Shown here in pieces: positions 57,720 through 64,000 of a stretch of DNA of 64,000 bases (within the stretch, counting starts at the first letter, position 1; each line of letters starts with the position of its first letter). A model generated the notes under the pieces. It made no database searches. It was not told where the DNA came from and worked only from the letters and a program-made list of their open reading frames with translations. This DNA comes from Eukaryota sp. TZLM1-RC (Eukaryota; Protista; Metamonada: BaSk clade), in contig JAUPSS010000007.1 of NCBI GenBank assembly GCA_040285825.1, forward strand, positions 1,834,689 to 1,898,688, written 5' to 3'. The translations under genes and the position numbers were made by a program.

Positions 57720-58357
57720 TCAACTTTCAACTTTATTTGCAGCAAGCTTTTGGCCAACTTTCTGCTCTATTTGAATTAAATCTTGCATAATTTCACCATC
57801 ATTAATGATTTGATTAAGGGACAGTGCAGCTTTCCTCTTTATTACACTAGGAAGTTCTTTCTTCTTCTTTCTGACCATGGGCTCTGAAGTGAGTGCTCTC
57901 CCAAAAACATACGATACGTAGAATGTTTATCAATCTCAGCTTTGAGAGATTCATACTTGGTTTTTAACTTTTGAAGCCATTCATTTTGAAGGTCTTCTCT
58001 ACTTTGCTGTGGTTAATAAACATGACAAAGATACTTCGTATGAATCTTTAAGTGACTTCATCTCAGAAAGATGTTGGTTATTCACTACCTGAAGCATATA
58101 CTGCCTGTGTTGTTCTGCATTGGCCATTCTTTCATCACGGCGAGATTCAAGAATTTGAAGTTCTGACTGGTATTCTGGGAGCTCTTCTGATATGAGAATT
58201 GGGGAGAAAGAGGGACTGGGGTGCTAAACTTACCCTTAATAAGCAATTCTATTTGTTGATTGATCTCATCAAGTCTTTTTTGAAAGAGGCTCCGCTGATG
58301 ATCACCAAACTTGACATCAGCGTCTTCCATTTTTACAGGAGGTATAGGATCGGACAT
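57720..58357 (-). CDS. Sds3/BRMS1-like Sin3-complex subunit; introns 58187-58233, 58007-58034, 57884-57912
   Basis: Spliced product contains ELPEYQSELQILESRRDERMANAEQHRQY and INDGEIMQDLIQI, both Sds3-like motifs. Confidence 0.65.
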
Positions 58358-58851
58358 CGGCTACTAGTACACTAATGTGAAATAGAGGTGATATGATGTA
58401 GATGAATTGAGCTTATGTTTTCAAAAGCCATTTTTCAAGTTAGCTTGAAATCAACCTTTTACTGTCAAGTTTAGTCTCCTGTATTTAGCCAATGAGACAT
58501 GTTCTTGCTCATTTGCCATTGTTAGCAAAAGATCTAAGGTCTTATCTTTTCTCTTTGCTTCTATCTCCATCCTCATTTATCATTTGTTTCCTAATTCAGT
58601 GTGAATCTTAAGTATTGGTTTCCTCTGTGGCGTTGTTTCTCCTTTACGTACCCGGATTAGAAATGATTAGATATGAACATGAAAGAGTCGAGGAGATGTT
58701 GAACGAGTTGTATAGAATCACAGTTTGGAGGTGGTTTTTAGGATTTTTTATTCAAGATACAGATTGTTTGAGAGGAATGAATTTGGTAATGGTTTGGAAC
58801 CATTCACCCTAACAATTTTACCTGCATTCAATCTTTGTTGCCGAGGTTCGA

Positions 58852-59529
58852 ATGGACATTCAAACATTCGCACCAGAACTCAACTGGTTACACACGGTAC
58901 ATTCATTTCACCACAGCTCACACTAGTTCATTTCCACTCAGCATTCAACAAAACTTGATGTCCTAAACACTTTATCCACTACTACATCAAATACTGAACC
59001 CACAGCACCTTCTTCCTCCACAGATTCTGATGATTTTGTCAAAATTATTGGAGACTTACAAAAGCAGAACACAGAGCTACTTTCACTTGCAAATGTCAAT
59101 AGCAGCTTGAGACAAGACAATTTCTCATTAAGAACCTCCTTGGATGATCTACAACACAAATATGAGACTGTAAGCGCTGAGCTTCAATACTACCAAAATC
59201 AAGTGAAGCAGGAAGAGACCCATGATTTTGACACAAACCCCTCACAAATTTCTGAAGATCGCATTACTGAACGTATGATCTTCAATTTTGTCCTAATCGT
59301 AGTCATGACTCAGATAACAGAATTACAAAATACAAATAATGGTCTCCACCAAAAGATTCAAGCCTTGCAAAAGGAAAACGAAGGCTTGAAAGGAGAACTT
59401 TCTTCTGTCAACCAAGCTCAACCGGCTTCAATGAACGACAATGTTCGAAAAAAGTTTGCTGCATTACGTAGAGCCAAAGATGAAGAAATTCGTCAACTAA
59501 AACAAAAAATTCAACTCCTGGAAGGTTGA
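58852..59529 (+). CDS. Coiled-coil hypothetical protein with one or two 30-nt introns
   Basis: ATG 58852; a GTAC..CTAG intron joins to the frame of ORF 59107-59529; a second in-frame GTATG..GTAG candidate lies near 59272-59301. Confidence 0.55.
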
Positions 59530-60305
59530 AAGCTTTAGCAATGTAAGGAATTTGAGGTTTTATTATTTATTTATTTATTATTTTTGAGTTAAACCTTGCA
59601 TTGCCCAATAAATCTATCTTTTTCTTCTTATTGAAACTGCTAGACACTTTCTTCTTAAGTAGTCTACATTCACTCTAATTACTAATTACTAGCGTCCAAA
59701 AGAATGAGGCCCGCGGGGTTCAACAGATTGAAAACCGAATTAAAATATGATGCCAAAAAAACTGACCTTGGCTTTGAAGATTGGGAAAAGAAAAAAAAAG
59801 GAAAATAGGGCAAAGCAAGCACCATCAGAGGTGTTAATCAAATAAGAATTCTCAGAAATGCTGGTATCAACGTGACTAGGTAGAGGAGAGCCGTACCTGT
59901 TAAAGATATGCTGCTTGTATCCCAAACAATCGATTGGGAAATACTGGATGTGGTGTTGATGTAAAGGATCCAAATGCAAATAAAAGATTCAAACGACAAA
60001 ACAAGGGCATAAAAAAATGATTTACTTAAGTATGGAAAGGAAGCAGGATTATGAAGAAAAAGTCTAGAGCAATGTGTTTTTACTTTGAAATACAAAGTTA
60101 TTCCGTTTATATGTATATTTTTATTTTATTTCCACAGGTAGCTCACATCAGCCAGTTGCCTTCCTGTTTCAATATCTGATTTGTAAATCTGTTATATGAT
60201 GTCCCAGAGGAAGAAAAGATGAATTTTTGAGCAATCTCCCAGCCATTGTACATTGAACCCTCTATATCTGCAATGGACCGGAAAAAAACGTTGCAAATAT
60301 GGAAA

Positions 60306-62214
60306 AGCGAGAAGCAATTTTTGAAGTTATTAAATCTGATTTTCCTGAGCTATCAAGTTTTTTCTACCATTTTTATGGGAAAGAATCAGATTTAATTTTT
60401 AATTCATTTGGTCTTAAATCATCTTCTGGTGTGAAGCAAGGTGATCCTTTAGGCCCATTATTGTTTTGTTTAGCTATTCACAAAACTTTAAATATCATTA
60501 AGCAAAAATACCCTTCTATAAAAATAGTTGCTTATATGGATGATATATCCTTGATTGGTTCATTTGATTTACTAAAATTGTTTTGCTCAAGAAATTGCCG
60601 ATTCATATGAAAATATTGGGCTTCATCTTAATGCCAGCAAATGCCTTCTGATTGGCTCTTCTGCTCAAGACCTCGTGATAAACGATTCTATTGTCCCTTT
60701 TACTAATTATAGTAGTGATGCTTTTAAGTTCCTTGGTTGTTGGTTAGGAAACGTGCCTCAAATTCAGAATGAATTGCAAGTTATTTTGGAACAAATGAAA
60801 ATTGAACTCGATTCAATTTCTTCTTTAGATATAGAAAAGCATATTAAATTTTTTATGCTTAAAATTTGCTACACTGGGAGAATAACCCACGTTGTGAGAT
60901 CTTGTGCTCCATCCATAGCATTAGATTTTTGTCGATCTTTTAATTCATTGAGAACAGAATTTTTTGCTGATTTATTGGATGTAGAACCAGGAATGTTGAA
61001 AAGTCACTTATTTTCTTCAGCAAATTTGGGTGGTATTCGATTTACTAAATCTTCAATTTTGTGTCAATCAGCATTCTTGGGTGGTGGCAAAAATTTTATT
61101 TATGAATTTTCTCGTAGATTTCCTGATGATTCTCATCTGTTAGTCCCCAATTGCAGTCCCTATTTGTATGAGTTATCTGATGAACTTGAAAAATTGCCGC
61201 CATAAATTTGGACCAAATGTTTTCCTCAATCAATTCAAGAAATTCCAAACCGATCTCTTTTTAATTTACAGTTTTGCTGTAAAAAGCTTCAACAAAAATT
61301 GTCAAAGATTTTTAAAAGCTTGGATTTTGATGTTAGACTTGGCTTGGCCAAGAAAAAGAATCCCGCTTTTGCAAATCTTTTACAAGATATGTGTGACAGT
61401 ACTTCTTCTGCCTTAGTAACAACAATTCCACAAGTTTATGGTACTCTCTTATCCGATTCTGCTTGGACTCTGAATATGAGATTTCGTTCCTTTATCTGGC
61501 CTGATAATTTACCTCATAATTTAATTTGTAAATGTTCTCGAGAAATTACAACTACTCATTTGTTATATTGTAAACATTTTATTACTTTTAGAAGCAAGGT
61601 TCATGATGCTGTAAGAGACCAGTTATATTGTATGTGTAAATCTCATAGAATTGAATCCTTCTTGGAACCTCTGTTGTCAAATCTGTTTGATGCTGAAGAT
61701 GATTTTCATAAGAATAATAGAGGTGATGTTATGTTACCTGGATTAAATGGAAGTTTCATTTTATTCGATGTAATGTCTGTTGATCCTTGTAATGCCTCAA
61801 ATGAAAGGCTAGTTAATTCTGAAATTCATAATCCCCTTTCAAATGCTGAAAATTTTAAATTCAAAAAATACAATGAACCTTTGTCCAAATTGGCCAGTCT
61901 ACAGCATGCAAAATACAATTTGTATCCATTTGTATTTTCCCATTTTGGTTCACTTGCACCAACTGCTTTACGTTTTTTGGATGATTTTGAAATGATTGTA
62001 AAGAGAAGAATTGGCAGAAATTTCAACAGATTGTTTTGGCAAAATAGAATTGTGTTTTCTATTTTTAAGGGGATGTTTAAGATGGTCTCTGATGCTTTGC
62101 TTTCTCTTGGATCTCACTATGAGAGAGTTGCATCTAGTGTTTTTGTTCTGGGAGAGATGGATTTTTTAGATGTTGATTTATAGGTTTTGAATAAAATTAA
62201 AATTTTGGTAAAAA
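60306..62214 (+). mobile_element. CRE-like non-LTR retrotransposon (DVDL subfamily), 5'-truncated in RT, 11-bp TSD
   Basis: RT motifs GVKQGDPLGPLLF and AYMDD; CKC..HL..C, RSKVHDAVRD and RLE region; A-rich tail; TSD aaatatggaaa at 60295-60305 and 62215-62225; frameshift and stop. Confidence 0.9.
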
Positions 62215-62319
62215 AAATATGGAAATTGTAGTTTCAATGGGTCTTTCAAAGTCAAAACAAAATATCATCAATAGAAATAGGAGGCACTATATTTTCTACT
62301 CAAATCCAGCTTGAGTATA

Positions 62320-62437
62320 CGAGGCTTCCAAGTCAGTTGAGTTGCGCATATAAACAGATAAAGACTAAAATAGGAGTGAAGAATAGGGTCAGTGTGGAAA
62401 GGATGAAGCCAATCTAAGTAATTCCATCGTAAATCAC
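62320..62437. repeat. Copy of the MORN gene 5' region (30764-30919) lacking 38 nt
   Basis: Direct sequence match. Confidence 0.9.
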
Positions 62438-62569
62438 CGGGGACATCCTTTCATCCCTGAATTCGCTTATTCTCACTCCCTGTTTCCCACTTGTTCAAAC
62501 CATTGTTTCTGCTTGCATGTTGTAGCTTGAATATACTCTAGTTGATAGCACTTCATTTGTTCAATATTT

Positions 62570-63900
62570 CTACTGATTGTTTGAGGATTGTTGTACCAGT
62601 TGTTCTTTGAAAGGACAACGTCTTCGTGTATGTCCGAAATTTCGACATAAACTACATTTCCAGATGGTTCTTTGGATGACTGTGCCTTCAACAGAACCAT
62701 TGTTTCGTCTTTCTTCGGGGTTGTTGGTTCTAGGCCTACCTCTTGATTGCGCAACTGTTGGAGGTATAAGGCTGGATAATCTCCGTTGTCCAGCAGCAAT
62801 CTGTTCTACTGTTGCACCTTTCAAATACCAGTGATGGTGAAACATGGTTGTGTCCAAAGACTTACGATCTTTCAACAACTGTTGCAAATGCTTACAACAA
62901 AAAAGACCTGTCTTCGCCATACACTCTTTTACACACACTTGAGTCTCATCAGGAGTTCCTGATACAATTTTCACAACTTCCGCTGTCTTTTTGATGATGA
63001 CATGAGATACCTTTCCATGAACTCTGTCGAACAACCATGCTGCTACATTTTTAAGCGTCTTTCTTTTACTCAGCTCAATAGAACGTGATATTTTCTCCAA
63101 CTGTTTTTCGATGAACTTAGCAATCATAATGACACTTTGTCCGAACTGACGTTGATTAATTTTTAGGTCTCGCTTCATTGCATAATGTCTTGACTCAACT
63201 CTTGACGTAGTTGTTTGGCCCAAGAAATGTCGACCGTGTAAAAAACATTTGATAAATGACTCTTTTCTGGTCATCCACTCGTTCTTCACATAATGTAAGA
63301 CATCAGGGACGTTGCTAAATTCATTACAAAATTCTTCATAAGCAGTATTATGTTGATCTTCATTAGGTTCATTGATCATTCTCAGGAATCTGTTCATAAA
63401 GTAATTGAATTCTGAGTTGGAGCCAAATTAGGAATTACTGAACAATTCTCCGTAACTGTGATAGGATCCATGTATAATCCACAGTTGTTTCGGATTTCAT
63501 GTAACAAAATCCGACATGATAAGTCATAAACGTCGGCGTTGTACCCACAATGGCCAATAAAGGTAATTGATTAACTTCTGTTTTGTAAGTGCAAGCAATT
63601 TGAACCACTGTATGAAATTTTTCATAGTACTTTAATGACTTTTTGTGCAAGAACAAAAAGTGAGTCACATGACCTTCTCTGTTCCACAATAAAAGTACTA
63701 TGAAAGTCTTTTGATGCAAATCCGCGATGAGCTTTTGTACAGATGGTTTCAATCCTAAAGCATCAGTCATAGAACCTTTTAAATTATGAATGTCTTGTGC
63801 ATCAATACAGCAATTGGAATCCTTCAGTTTTAAGCAGTCGACTATTTGGTCAGCATGAATCCATGATTGAATCATGTACAGTGCTAAATTTCAGAGTTCG
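62570..63900 (-). mobile_element. Mutator-like (MULE) transposase, internally deleted and degenerate
   Basis: TYKT..QLPLLAIVG..GFCYMKSET..DY.W.L MULE domain, TTSRVES.H, SWIM-like GLFCCKH, CSLCRNFGHTRRRC knuckle. Confidence 0.8.
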
Positions 63901-64000
63901 ACACTAAAAGTAGAGCGTCTATATAGAGAGTATATGGACATGTTGTGTGACGGGTGATGATTGTGCTTAAGCACAGAAGTGTCCAGGTCTATGTACCATT

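Noticed and set aside
58061-58090. Apparent 27-nt GT..AG intron in the Sds3-like gene
   Set aside because: It is in frame, stop-free and has a poor GAG acceptor; it reads well as coding sequence.

Overview
This is AT-rich, gene-dense eukaryotic nuclear DNA, not a prokaryote. It uses the standard genetic code, has few and tiny (28-47 nt) spliceosomal introns, very short spacing before start codons, and flagellar genes. The GPI type and the architecture suggest a flagellated metamonad-like protist (inference). About 21 host genes are present, including CCDC96, UFD1, CELF, thiolase, EFHC1/RIB72, DIS3, yippee, TUG/UBX, PP2C, MORN, RRP6, STX16, GPI, NMNAT-like, ATG6, JHY-like and Sds3-like. They are separated by dense transposon debris: several CRE-like RLE-type LINE subfamilies with 11-bp TSDs, a gag-only LTR element with identical LTRs, and gypsy, hAT and MULE remnants. 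The main signal is five loci from two Fanzor (eukaryotic TnpB-like RNA-guided nuclease) families. One family has a strongly structured omegaRNA-like 3' scaffold that also occurs as a stand-alone copy. Four of the five Fanzor 3' ends lie co-directionally just upstream of a host start codon (about 19, 47, 20 and 19 nt), so the position that would normally be the guide is the host core promoter/5'UTR. All calls come from motif recognition by eye; no database searches were run.
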